NCBI GenBank assembly: GCA_000934665.2
Contig: KZ538814.1
Span: 124,001 to 175,137 of the forward strand
Direction: 5' to 3'
Origin: Catajapyx aquilonaris
Lineage: Eukaryota
DNA length: 51,137 nt
Shown here: positions 26,001-39,399 of the stretch, piece by piece
Layout: the number at the start of each line of letters is the position of its first letter
Position numbering within the stretch: position 1 is the first letter of the stretch
Made by a program: the position numbers and the translations under genes
Notes under the pieces: model-generated
Seen by the model: only the letters and a program-made list of their open reading frames with translations
Databases searched by the model: none
What the model was told of the DNA's origin: nothing

Positions 26001-27394
26001 AGACGGTCATTTTGCCTCTTGCACTATTTAGTGGGATAAAAGTTGTGCGAGAGTAGAGGTGACACCTTGTATGGGATGGTAGTATTGTGACCGCCCAGCT
26101 TATATTAGGTGTGACACCTTGTATGCATCTGGAATTCATTTATGGAACTGAACAATTTAACTAAAATTTAAGCGAAGTTTGGGCGAAGTATTTATGGTGT
26201 TGCGTATTACTGTATGTCCATTGTTTGGTTTCTTTTATGGTAGAACATGTGACGGACTATCCCATAGAAAACCCAGCATGTCAGGACCTAACTTACACTC
26301 GGGTGAGTTTGACCCCGGGGGTTGTTCTGTGAAATAATAATAATGAGTTACAAAATAGCAGCGTACTAAAATAGCGATGATTGTTCCGCTTCCATGCATG
26401 TGCAAGTTTGCGAGAAAAAGTGCATCAATATTTTCCTCCCGTTTCAACCAATTGGGAAACTCGGAACACCAACGGTCTGTTTTGTTTTCATCTAAATTAT
26501 TTTGCATGAATATATTGCAAAATATTTGGAAAATTAAAGACACTTTTCCCCCCCTTTCCAAACAAAGAATATACTGGGACGGAGGTCAGTTATATACAGA
26601 GCGTTCTCTTGGCCTATTCTAAGACCATTTTTGGCATCGAGGATTAATTACAACGTGCGGCGGCAATTAAACTTTGATTGTTACCATTAGGGCATATCAC
26701 CTGGCAAGCTGTGTTGCAACGTGTGATTTGATATACAGGATAATTATGGCATATTTCCTATACATGCAATATACAGGATCAAGTCTTAATTTCTACATAG
26801 CCGTATCTCTATGCCTCATAGCAGATTATAATGTAGGCATTAGAATAGACTCTGGAATCTCCTTACCTGAAGCAACTCCAAGTGTTATTGCCCAACTGGT
26901 GCATTGTAGAGAAATGAAAAGTCTTCCTTTTGCCGCCTTTACATTCATCAGCACTGAATAACTTTTCCTTCTCATGATGAGGTTATTGCAATTATCTGCA
27001 AACCTAAAAATAAATTACAGTTTGACTATTACCCTATCGAGTTCGTTATAGGGACAATATATTTCTGCTCTCTTGGACCACTGATCTCTAATATACTGTA
27101 CATGGGATTGCGCATATCTGGTATTTTCTTGTGCTTTTGGCGGCCATATTGGGACACAAAACAGTATCGATTGTGCATTACTCGGAGTAATATTGCGAGT
27201 ATATTTTGACCACCGTATACCTTTATTATTTTTCGTTTATACTATTGTGTTCATACGTCCGTAAACTGCAGAAATATATAGGTACAGTACAACCAAAGCA
27301 AAAATAATGTGGTTGCTGTTGTTTTAAAAAATTTAACATACAGAGAACAGAATGTGGTTTCTGTTGATACCATCCGTTTACACCCCAGTTATAA

Positions 27395-27512
27395 CCTCCT
27401 GAGACCCCTGGTACAGTATACTGTACCTTTGTTTTTTCCAGCACCTTCTGACTAACTCAAACGCGTAAAAAAAACAAAGGTGATTGAAAGGTGTACTAGG
27501 GGTCTCAGGAGG
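27395..27512. mobile_element. 118-bp MITE (piggyBac-like CC..GG termini, degraded TTAA flanks)
   Basis: CCTCCTGAGACCCCTGGTACA (27395-27415) and TGTACTAGGGGTCTCAGGAGG (27492-27512) match 20/21. An inner inverted pair CCTTTGTTTTT/AAAAACAAAGG is also present. Confidence 0.75.
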
Positions 27513-28382
27513 ATATGATATAAATAATATCGTCGCATGTATTTAAAAACCTGCTCAGTATTGCCATCTCCGAACTGCCCTAGGGAAAATAGCTCTTAAT
27601 CCATTCTGGATCGCAATATGGTGCTCGGAGGAAGCAATAATTGTAGTATCGATCACAGAAATTCGAAATTCATGGTATACAAAGGAGATCAATGTCCTGG
27701 ACCGATGCGAGACTTTTGTTCTTGTAAAAACACTTGAAGAGGTAAGATCAACGCGGTATGTTTAGGAGTTTGAATTGTTTGGCGAGGAGCTGCTTTTTTG
27801 CACTGTAAGCAGCTATTGTAACACTGATTTGATTAACTTTTTTAATAACTCGGGAGGAAAAATACACGAATCATTGATATTTACTCAATTAAAAATATTC
27901 AAATCAGAATTCAAAAGAGAAAATGTTATATCCTCCAAGAGAGTCAAAGCTAACTTAACTCCTCATTTTTATTTCACGGACAACGCCATGATCAAATCCG
28001 CTCCAGAAAATTACAGTGTACTTATTGACAATTCCAATGGTGCTGTCGCAGTTTCTAAAACCTTTTAGTTGTGCACTTTACATATTTTTGCAGAGAATTC
28101 TCCAGAACCCCTTACTCATACAGTATGTGCAAACATATTATACTCCTCTTTCACCTTACACACTCCAGACGTTTTACTCATTGCTTAGTGACAAAATGTA
28201 ACATTTCTTGAGGCCATACTATAGTACAATGTACTAACTTACCATTGGTAAGTTATGCGGAGTATTCTCATCTTACACGAAATATTCGATCGAATTGCAA
28301 CTGTACTGCTACCCAAGATAGATACTTCGAACATTTTACCATAACAAATGCACAATAATAATCAAGAATCAATTGCCACTCT

Positions 28383-28475
28383 CGCTAGAGGTAGCTTCAG
28401 TTATTGCGCATGCGCAATAACTGAAGCTACCTCTAGCGCATGGACATAAAGCATGCATGCTTTATGTCCATGCGC
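28383..28475. repeat. Two abutting perfect spacerless palindromes (56 bp and 40 bp)
   Basis: 28383-28438 CGCTAGAGGTAGCTTCAGTTATTGCGCA|TGCGCAATAACTGAAGCTACCTCTAGCG and 28436-28475 GCGCATGGACATAAAGCATG|CATGCTTTATGTCCATGCGC; no mismatches in either. Confidence 0.95.
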
Positions 28476-31400
28476 ATGCCTTCCTGGCGCATTACCAAGG
28501 GCGCAAAATGTTCCACATAATCAGGTGAAATTGCATAGGCCTAGAATGTCACATACACTCACGACAGTCAGACACATCTTATAAATTGAGCAGTTGATGC
28601 CAGTCGCTTTAACACTTACTCTATATAGGCTCCCTTGAGGGACCATACTACTGTAGCTTGTTGACATTTAAACTCCATGACAGTTTGTCTCGCGTTCAAT
28701 ATTTATGGCTTTTTCTGCGAATGAATGTCAATAATGCAGGCACACAACTGTCATATTTATTTGTCATCAGGGTGGGCCACATTTACGCCAAATGTAGGAA
28801 ATGTGGAATGGAGCATGGGCAGTGTCAAAGTATATTGGTAAAGACTGTAGATATGGTTTTCCAGTTTTCTGTGTGCCAATAGCAGTAGTTGTAGGAACTG
28901 AACTACGAGCATGTATTGCATGTAGCCTCTCGTCAAATTACTGGCAATGTTACAGCAAATACTGTACACTGCCATGCTCTTTTGCCGATGTATGCAGCAG
29001 GGCATAAATCCCTTTTGGGCAATACTGGTACTGTGTGCTCACCTGGGACTACACCATACATTATACCGTTCTTACTACGCTATATGTAGTACTACCTGGG
29101 TTGTAGAATATTGCTGTATTTTTTGTTTCGGTCTTTTAAATAATTTCACAGACGCAACTGTGGCTATACTCACATTCGACACCAAATTTTGCATTTATTT
29201 GGAAATATAAAAAGGCCTACACATATTACAGGAATGGCATGGTGAGAACCACAGTTTGAGATACTGGGACCTAACATATACAGTATTTCTCCTTAATACC
29301 CTGCTCTTTTCGGAGGGACAGTTTAAACATACCGAGTTTTTATCACTATATTATCCTGTTAAAAATTCGAGGCAAAATTTCACGTTCTGATTAATATTAC
29401 GAACCCTGTTTATGACGAAATTCTAATCTGCCATGTGGTCTAGGATAATCTCCATGTGTGATATGATACGGTAATTTTAAATCCTCCAATTAAATCTTAA
29501 TTCCCTTTAGCAAGAAATAAAGTATAATTACATCAATGTAGATCAGCTTATAATTATTACCAATCGATGCCAATTTTGTGTGGCCTAGATGTGTCGATAT
29601 TAATTACTATTTGTTTTATGATATGGTGTCGGGAATTTATCTTGGGCCAAATGCCGCGTACATTTAGGGTAAGTCTATATGGTATGGCCTCCCTATTGTT
29701 ACTTAATTGATACAATTATCGTAGTATGACTGAAGTCATGGCCCTTATAGCTAGGGTTTTAATCAATCTGCCTCGTTATGTAGACGGTCAGAAAGTTTTA
29801 TCAAGTATCATATGATATTTACAGTACAATCATGAGATCTTTTATCACTGATGACTAATCCACGTTGATAAAGGCTATCCGAGTAAATAACACACTGATT
29901 ATTATTCGATGGTTGGAAGGACATGTTCTTTATTCAGAATTTAAGGATAGCTATTATTATATTGACCTCAGACAATTCCTGTTCCTCCATCACCATGACC
30001 GTTTCCGATCATATTGACGAAAATTATTCGCAGATTTGTTCATTTTTATACACGGTGTCGCCCACGGCAGACAAAATTGTACAGAGAAATGCTGTGAAGG
30101 ATGGTGCAGAACGTGCTCATTTCCTGAGATTGTAAATTCCAAGACGAAATAACTCAGTCGAGGATTTTGGAAACACCGGCTTCATTTTGAAGCTAACCCC
30201 ATTCCACTTTTAGTTTTTGTCATGAACGTTAATAATAGGGGTTAAACTGCGGGTTATTCCACTCCCCAAACACCCGTGCTGGACAAGTGGTCTGGCACGC
30301 AGGAAGACTTCTATTATTCACATGTATGACGAAACTTAACATGCTCTTAATTAATTTCAATGAAGCCGAAATCTATACTGACTCAACTATATAGGGTAAT
30401 TCCGTCTTAAAATATTGCAAAACACCAAATTAACGGGAAAGTATTGTGCCTCATTTTATGTAGAGATGAATGTTCCTTACACCTCCGAGTTAGGAAAGCT
30501 AGAACAAGTCGTTACCCGGACTCGATAAAATAGCCCCGTTCATTATTGAAGAGCCTTAATATTTAATTTCCACTCTAGGGAAATAGTGTGTGGTATGTAA
30601 CGGCGTGTAATCCTACACAGACGGCATTTGTATGTCAGACTCGTTCATTGTCTGTCAGTGCGTCTGCAACACTCCTAGACCACCTACCGAGATTATTCCG
30701 AGTGCGTTCATGTCTCGCGGAGCTCCATCCAAAACGGCCATTTGTGTCAGTGTAGATGCACAGGGGCGATCATTTTTACCATTCAGAGATGGGAAGAACG
30801 ATTGTAACCATGGATATGCCATATGCTGTATGTGAAAGCTTGATGTATACGGAGATGGGATGGAAGACGTGATATAGAACATGGCCTATAATTGAGATGG
30901 TGGCTAGATTTTATTGAGACTAGAGCATTTAGGGGTCTCAAAGTTCTTGGCGGTGTTGTTGATTTTAGTCGTATTATTGGTCGAATTATATGAGGGAACA
31001 CTGAAGTGCTTGTAGAAAGCTGCCTAGCCTGTATCACAACTGCCATTAATTTTTTGTGTCTGTACAGGTCAAAGTGTATCAATGTGATAACCTATCGATT
31101 TCAATTTTATAACGCGATATCAGTATAAAAAATAGCAGACGACTCATTCTGACATCATAAAAGCAAATTGTGTAGAGCGACGGCTGATTTCCCCCCACTC
31201 TCTCCCCCTTTTTTCGATGGAAAGTCTATGCATTCTCTATATGATAGAGGCATACATTTTCCCCGCATACTCTGATCAAAGTGCTGGCGCAATTACCTGT
31301 GGACCACTACATTGCCATATAGTTGCAAATGGTAGTCAAATAGTCCCCCAGTAATGGACATCTATGTCGATTACACATTAATGTAATGCAAAAGTGGTCA

Positions 31401-31689
31401 ATTTTTTAAAATGAAACATCATTACGGAGGTAGATGAAATTATATATGGTCACTGGACGTACGTGTGCGGATCTAAGTGCACTATTATAGAGCGTCAATG
31501 GGAAAAGGTGGTAGGTAGAAAAACCTCTATAGTGAGTCTAGTCCATTACAGTCTCCGCTTTCCTCCCATTTTTAATACTGAATAATAATTTGACTGACTA
31601 AAATGACTTCTCATAAGATGAAAATAAAATGCAGATACAAAGTATAGGCCTAATATAAAATTAATTTATAATATCGAAGTGTATAGTAG

Positions 31690-31693
<4 letters not shown>

Positions 31694-31736
<43 letters not shown>

Positions 31737-31888
31737 TAATATCATACCCCGTTATCAGCCGGCGGCTCTTTAGGGGGGAGTTTTGTTTTGACTGGAACTC
31801 TTTCTTTGCATATTTACTTCGCTTTTGGGGATAGGATAGGGACGGAAGGACGCGGCTGTGGCCTATTATTTTAGGAAACAACCCCGGC
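31694..31888 (-). mobile_element. 5'-truncated non-LTR retroposon (SINE/LINE 3' end) with (ATT)n tail
   Basis: Perfect 15-bp TSD GTGTATAGTAGATAT at 31679-31693 and 31889-31903 flanks (AAT)14 plus a ~150-bp body. Confidence 0.88.
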
Positions 31889-31949
31889 GTGTATAGTAGA
31901 TATTAGAAACCTTACCATATCTATAAACTAGCTCTATAACTTTCTAACT

Positions 31950-34900
31950 AAAACCACGTAACAGCCGTCTTTGCAAGTTGGCTCTCCTTTTCATAGACTT
32001 CTAAAATCAACAACTGTCTGCAAGAGATGCACACGTGCCAGCAATGCATCGTAGAGGCTACACCTGTTTCTGAGATATACTCTTCACATACAGTATATTG
32101 GTTAGTCGTAATGCGGTAGGGCATACCGCCCAAGCGTGGAATTTTGCGACAGTTGGTGTTGACTCCACATTTCCAGATAGCCTGGTATGCCGCATGTCGA
32201 TCGGGACACATACATATACACACATAGTTACACAGGCGACGAATGGTTCTAGAGGAATTCGTCTGGGTTAGGCAGAGAGAGGTAGAAAAAAGAAAAAGAA
32301 AAGAGGAAAATTGCAAGTGCTGTCTGCAGCATTCTCTCGAAAAGAAAAGGAGGCCCACATAGAGCAGGGTTCCTTGCACTCAGTGCCAGGGACAGGAGGT
32401 ATGAGCTCGGGTCCGGAATGTAGACCCCGAGTGCAAAATGGAGCTCATCTGAAAAAGAGGTGAGGGAGGGAAGGGGGATTGGCCTCTCCGGGGGTTGGCA
32501 ACCGAGATCAGTCTAAGTGTCACCAAAATAGCAAACTCTTCTTGTCACCAGCTGCTCTGCTAATGACTCTATAGCAATTGTATTATGTCTCTTTCCAGCG
32601 GTATTTTTGGCCTTATGCCGGATTTTTCTCTCCAAAAAACTGGTTATAGCATAAATGTAGATATTATCCTCTAACAATGTCACTTTCGGATATTGCGCTT
32701 GGGCAGGTAAAAATACCGGGGGAAAAAGAGAACATTTTAGTATATACAGTATACTATAGTCCTGGAATCAAACATGAGGGCCGAAGGGAGTTGGCTCCCG
32801 GATATAGTCAAAGGCCCCTCTTTTTCATATCATCAACAGTGAAAGAGGTACTTTTTGTGCCCAAGTATAGACACTGCGGATCGGCGGTAATTATATGTAT
32901 AACCCATTAAAAATGGTACCGTACAAAATGAGAGAACATATCTCCTGAATATATGTGTATCCCAGATTAGGGACTATAACTTTGATTCTGTTTGTCGCAT
33001 TATAGAAATGGAGATGTACCCTCCTGGACATATTTTTGTCATGCATTGTGCAAGCCTACACGCGCTCCCGAGCATGAACAACAGACAAAAATGTATATAG
33101 TATATGCACAAAATTATTCCATAGCAGTGACATAGCAACAGTGATATTGCAGGAATGTGTTCGTGTTCTTTTCCTCAAGGATTTTTGATATTTAGCATTT
33201 ACCTATCATATTCCATTTTTAACCCTGATTGACAAACTCTGATAAACGCCAATATTCTAGCACCAAAGAACCGGTCCGTATATTGCGAATTTTTTTCCCC
33301 ATCCTCACAGCTCTTTGCATCTCCAATTCTGTACCCCTTTTGGTCCAGGTGGGTATGCGAAGCCCATCAGGGTCTCTTAATTGGCCGAGGCTGGCAACAC
33401 ATGGCCGAGTTCCCTTTGAATAGCATCACTGCGAAAAGGTGGGCCTCCTATATATGTACAGGCCAGGAAAGAAAAGAGACATGGGGGTTGGTTGGGAAAG
33501 AGAGAGATAGGGTAGTGGGTAGTGGAGGGGGTGAATAGAGAAAAAAAAAGAGCGAGTGAAAACAAGGCCCGGTGTTAGATTCGCCATGTAGATTGCCAAC
33601 AGGGTTTAGCCGACCAGCTGCTTTTCGCACACATTCGCAGCTTCCCCCTCCTCCCTATATGATGGTGGCGGCGGAAAAATGCATCTCAAAAGGGATCTCA
33701 AGTATAAGGGTTCCAACTGCACGGTTCTCATAGAAGGGTGACATTTTTTTACACAGCGTAACGTGTGAAATATCTGCATATTGCGATTAATTATTGAGCG
33801 CACTAATTTCATGCTTAGATTGTACCCATATGGTGAACGACCGGTTTTTAAATATAAAAAAAACTGGCTTTTTTCGTTCGCAAAATCGCAGTACGTGCGA
33901 TTTGGCACATCCGTTGTCTAGGCCCCGATTCGAACCGCTATCGTCTAGTCGTCCGTCTGCTCCGCTTCCTCTCCCAACTCACCACTTTATCAATGCAGCC
34001 ATGCCAATATAAAATGTGTGCCGGTGCCAACATTGCCAATGTTGGAAGCCATGTTGGATTGGAAAAGGGGGGGGGGGGAGGGGGGAGCTTCCCAGTCAGG
34101 AAAGGGGAGAGGGGGATGGGGTTGAACACGTTGCAAAATTCTTTAGCGGGCGTGGGTATTGATCTGCAAAATGGCCGATTTTGGCACGGTTGGCAACGCT
34201 GCAGGTTGAGTCATGATGACCACGCGTCCCAACGGATCGGGACTGGAGAATTTCTATTCTCAAGGGTTTTATTGCCAACTCCGAGCTTATAATCATCAAG
34301 GCGTGAGATATGCAAACTATACATGTCCGCTTCCCTTTTGGCTCCCCCTGTACATATATATTTCCCTGAGAAGTTCATCCAGACGTGCTAATCCGCAAAT
34401 AGTGTCACAACTTTAAGAGAGGTTCACATAACCCCAGTTCGAAATCGCAAATCCGATAGGTTTTTTTTCGCACTGTTCAGCCGTGAAGGTGACCTCGGAC
34501 GCGGGAAGTGACCCCCCCTACTCTCCTCCCCCGATCCCAACCGCCAACGTCCAGTCTGATTCTAACACCGCCTAAGTGTAAGAGTCGATTTCTAGGGGGG
34601 GGGGGGGNGGGGGGTGAGGTAGGTTGGTCTCAAATATTCATCATTTTGTGGGAAGATGTTGGAGCCTTTATCCGCAATTTTCCAACTAAAGGAAAATTCA
34701 ATCTTCAGCTGCAAAGACGTAATGGATAGGCCGTACCGTTGTACAAAAGAAAATGTTCTCTCAATTTCCGAGGGGGCTAAAATGGCCGCGGCCGCAAGTT
34801 CGTGAAACAGTAATGGACCCCCTTACGGAAGCACTGCCCCGGAACACTCCGGATATTCTTTGCCCGGATCCCAGTGGAAATTGAGTAGAGGAGGGGGCTT

Positions 34901-34950
34901 GTAGGTAATTCATGACTGCTCAAGACGACTACAAAGGAGAGATAGTATGG
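31950..34950. pseudogene. Further block of decayed coding-like DNA, same character as 7-26 kb
   Basis: GC-richer sequence with long G runs and interrupted protein-like frames (e.g. - 31948-32379, - 33606-33908). No family recognised. Confidence 0.25.
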
Positions 34951-37664
34951 AACAAAAATTAAGTTGGCTACGGTTAAAATATGGTGTGTGTCAGTTTCGA
35001 GTCGGTGTAGGTTCTAATGTGCATTAATGCGGACATTGATGATCGGTTTGTTCCAAATGAGGACACCACCACTGGCCTACAACGCGCCTCATTATGAATT
35101 CATCAATATTAGGCCCGAAAACAGTCATGTACTTCGAGGCTCCATTTGTAGTGTTAATTTACAATGTTGCGTGACATTAGTTCTGTGCTGCTGGTTCTAA
35201 ATAATGGCTTCGACAAACACCAGCTTTTTGTACAGACCAAAGGAAGCTTTCTTTCAACATATCAAGTCGTAGCCGTGAGTACATTGTCATGTTATACCAT
35301 GTCAAACTCATTAATGCAGACAAGCCCAGCTTAATCAACATTTTTAACCTCGTGATATTTTTTAATGGACATCCTGTAGGTGGTACTTAAGAGTGATTTG
35401 TCAAATAATTTCGAGGGCTCAAAATATGCTGCTGAAATTCGCAACCTTGTTTAGCAAGTAGTAATGAAGGGGGCTTCGCCAAAACGAGCCACATGAGTAT
35501 CATTTTGGCGAATATGAGTTATGCACGTAGCAGGGAATAATCGACGTCCTTGATTTGTGTGGACAACAATTATTACTGACCAGTGCTGGGGCCGGCTAGT
35601 CTTATTCACAGAGCTGCAGAAAATTGTAGGTGCATGATGTGATCAGTATATGACACTTGTTTTGTATTTTAACTATAGATTACTTGTTACATCTTTTAAT
35701 GTCTGCAAGTTTCGCTTTAAACGGAGCAAAAATTTATTAAAAGGATGGGTTTGCAAAATATTTAAAATATGTCATATTTGACTGTGTATCCTAAATATTT
35801 TGTAGGCCCTTCTGAATTTAACAGCAGCCCTGATAAAACTGATTAGAGAAATTTTAGAGCATCCCCTATTTTGTAAGTGCGTAGCACTTAATTGAGCCTA
35901 TTTACACTCCAAGCCGTAATAATGATGAGAGAAAGAATTATATCCTGCACCATTTGAAAGGCCTAAAGATTTTATAAAGAGTGGTGCATAAACACAATAG
36001 ATGCATTTCTACACCATGTGCAGGCATCAGTAACATGGCAATACATGCTGCACATTTCATTCCGTTTCACTCTGATGTGTGGGACCTTTAAGTATCTCTC
36101 TCCACATAGCAATTTCTGCAGAAGCGTAGGCCTTGCGCAAGTCGTGCAAACAATCCATTTCGCCAAGTTGTAATGGCAACGCAATCCAAAATGGTGTCCG
36201 GGACGAACAGTTGTAGGCCTATATATCCGCGAAAGGACCAACTTACAGCTCGAACCACAATCTCTCTGAGTCAGTCAGATGTAAAGGTATGCGAGTACAA
36301 CTCATACGTGCGCATTTTCACCCTGTATTTTTCTGTAGAGGAAACAGGCATTCTCAGTTGATGACACTGTATCATGTCGTGCATGGTGCACGCAAGAATC
36401 AAATTATTATTTTTCAATAATAGGCTACTCGTATAGGCCTAATGCGCACGCAGTAATGCATGAGTCGCCTGACACGACCACGCGCAGCATTCAGTATGGT
36501 GTTCAGGAATTTTCGGTATGTTGGCAGAGCATGGATGAGGAACCAAATATGTATATGTTGAATGTTGTGCGATCCTCTGCGACACTGGAAGTGTATTAGG
36601 CACTGCAGTTTCCAGTTTTCTGGATTGATGGGCCCAGTGACATTTTGCTGTCAATTGGTATGGCGTCATGGGTGAAAAACAACTGTGCACATACAACGAG
36701 AGCGCCACAACATTTTCCTTGGAAAGCGATAGTCAGCGATGTAGGAAACACACGTTAATTTTTTGACGAAAATATAGGAACATGACATATTCATATAGGC
36801 GACAGTCAATGTGATATAATGTAAGCGTTACGAAGTCTACATACGGTTATGGAAATGGCAATACACATCATGAGTTAGATCCAAGTACGATATATCACAG
36901 ATCCAGTGACTTGAGAAAATCTGTGAAAAAATGAAACATGTTCGACAACAATTATTGGTTGTCATAACCCAAAACAATCAAGCGGGACCTGAAACCTTGC
37001 GGCTCAAAGTTTTACACAAGAAGTATTGGAACATGGCATCACGATTCTGTGTAAAATAATATTTTAAAAAAGCCCTGATTACATATAGTGTACAAAATTC
37101 CTAAGTTCTTCCCATCATTAATTAATTTGCCATCACAGCATATACATAGTAATTTTGGAGTCTGGAAATGAACAGTATTGTTAGATGAGGTGGGTGGTTA
37201 TTACCATTAAATGCGATTGACCCAAGTAGAATGGAAATCAATCCAGGTAATATTTATGGTGTTTTGAATTATTTAAGGCCGCTAGCTCCTCTTGAATTGA
37301 ACCGTCAATTAGCGTGGTCATCAAACTAAGAGCTATTGAATCATTTGAAAGTGAAACCCAAAAGCTATGGGTGCCGCATGTCAACCGAAGAAAGAATAAA
37401 AACCACTCAAAATAATGTATAGAGCACATATTAAAAGTGTGACTTACACCACTCCCAGTTAACTACATAATAAATGAAATTACCTTACAAATCTGCGCGG
37501 TGATTGAGCAAAATATGGCTATTAGTCGCGCACCGAATCATCTGTGATTATCTCTAATATTATTACAGGCAATGGGAAAAGGCCCGTAGGCCGAGTTGAT
37601 ATGGTAAGTTATAGTCTACACATTTGTGTGACAGAATATGACCTACTAGTGCTCAAACTGTGTC

Positions 37665-38217
37665 TTGGAGCAATTCAAAGTGACTACTTACCTCTTCTTT
37701 CATGGGGTTGAAAAAAGCAGTGGCCTACAGCTATTTACGTCTGTCCCGGTCCGGCCATATGTGTCTAGGTTACATTAAACTACCAGCGTGGGGAACACAT
37801 TTCCGTAGTAATTTGCTGTTTGGCCATCTAATGGGGTCATTACTGAGACTCATGACATTTTTAGGAGCCGAAACTTAGGCCGAAAAACCAGCAGGCTTGG
37901 ACGCTTTGAGTAGAGAGGTTACACAAGTACGGAATTTTTTAACGCCATGTTTTGTCATGTCATAAATGTCTATCCGTGTCAACTTCCGAGCCTGGGTTTT
38001 CAGACCTGAAATATTGGCTATACTAACAATATCCGTGGACACTCAGCAGTGACAAGAACAACCATCGATTAACTACAGATGCTCCCAAGCCGGTATATTT
38101 TGATGTAATTTTGACACATGCCCAATGTGATATCGAAATAAATAGCCATCAGCCATTACCTTTTTCAACCTCACAAGAGCAGGAGTAATAAGTACTTGTA
38201 ATTTGAACATGCACAAC
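37665..38217. mobile_element. Ancient foldback/MITE with ~230-bp degenerate inverted arms
   Basis: Colinear inverted matches: GGTTGAAAAAAGCAGTGGC/GCCATTACCTTTTTCAACC, ATGTGTCTAGGTTACATTAAA/TTTGATGTAATTTTGACACAT and GAAAAACCAGCAGGCTTGGA/TCCGAGCCTGGGTTTTC. Confidence 0.65.
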
Positions 38218-39399
38218 TAACCTAACATTTTGTCGTCACTGATGGAGAGCTGCCCAATAAGCCGAATATATGTAAGCAGTGCCCCTTTCTTATGGACCAC
38301 CCAGTATAAGGCTCTCGAGAGCATATCATTATGAGTATTATGAGTAGTTATTGTAAATTATCACGCAATTTGAAAAATACTTGCCTCTGTCTGCTGTAGA
38401 CTGCAGAAGGAAAACTGTATAAATTTTAAGAGAATTCCATTTGTGGTAGAAGACGATCTGTGTTCTGTGCTATACTCAATACCGTATACTCATGTAATAA
38501 TATTGTTTAAAAATCTGACACTTTTTCTCTATTCCCTGTATAGCAGTTGCGTCGCAATAATGAGGAAAAATTAATAACCTCCACGGTGTGTGGTACCGTT
38601 ATCTCTATAACATAGCCTGAAGAAAACTTTCTGATTAAGGAATTTTAAAAAAACCGTAGAGCTCTGTGACTATTTTGTAACTTTGTTATGAAGGTGAACA
38701 CTACGACTATATATACAGTCGCGGATGTAATAATTTTGACCATGGTGCATCCTAATTTTTATTGTGTAGAAAGACTGTGATTAATACTGTGCACATTGAA
38801 TTAACACAAATAAAATAATACGAAAGCGCAGTAAAGTGATATACTCCTTACTTTTTTTTATTTAATTGGCCCCATTATGTACACACAATGGCACCTGACA
38901 TTTCATGCCCACTTGCTTTCGTTTCTGAATGGGAATGAAAGTGAAGGCCAAAAGGTTTATGCATGAAAGCACAGATGTACACTTTTATATTCAGGTATAT
39001 TATCTACACGCGAGTAGTAAGTCCACGTAAGAAAGTTAATTTCGCGATTTTTTGCACATGCCATAAGAATATAATATTACTTGTCACATTTGCACATTCC
39101 CCACATGAAGAAGGCACACGCCTAGACTATCCATTTTTGCGAAGTTGGTAAGATTCCAGTCTGCACAATTTCTGACGCAATGTATTTGAGAGTCAACAAT
39201 CATTCTGTACTCTTGTTCTAACGTGTCTTGACGTGTATGTTCGAATATTGAATGGTCTCAATGTCGCTGCCTCATTGCATAGACAGCAGCAAGGCTCATT
39301 ATCCCTAGGTTACCCTACTACATAACATCTTCTGCAACCTGTTATCGGTAGTTATGAAACACCTTGATCTGCATCTCTAGAAGCGCAATTCGCGTGTTG

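Larger units (their letters stand above)
7150..26620. mobile_element. Highly decayed multi-gene element (endogenous DNA virus or giant transposon fossil); boundaries approximate
   Basis: More GC-rich than the flanks, with many protein-like frames broken by stops and frameshifts on both strands (e.g. + 17233-17484, + 18832-19347, + 23977-24660). Contains MTase-like and RING-like remnants. Interrupted by AT-rich inserts at ~14.5-16.0 kb and ~21.9-23.7 kb. Confidence 0.45.

Noticed and set aside
7060..26530. Weak inverted similarity between ~7075-7097 and ~26500-26525 as termini of the large element
   Set aside because: A short AT-rich match with gaps and no TSD; not distinguishable from chance.
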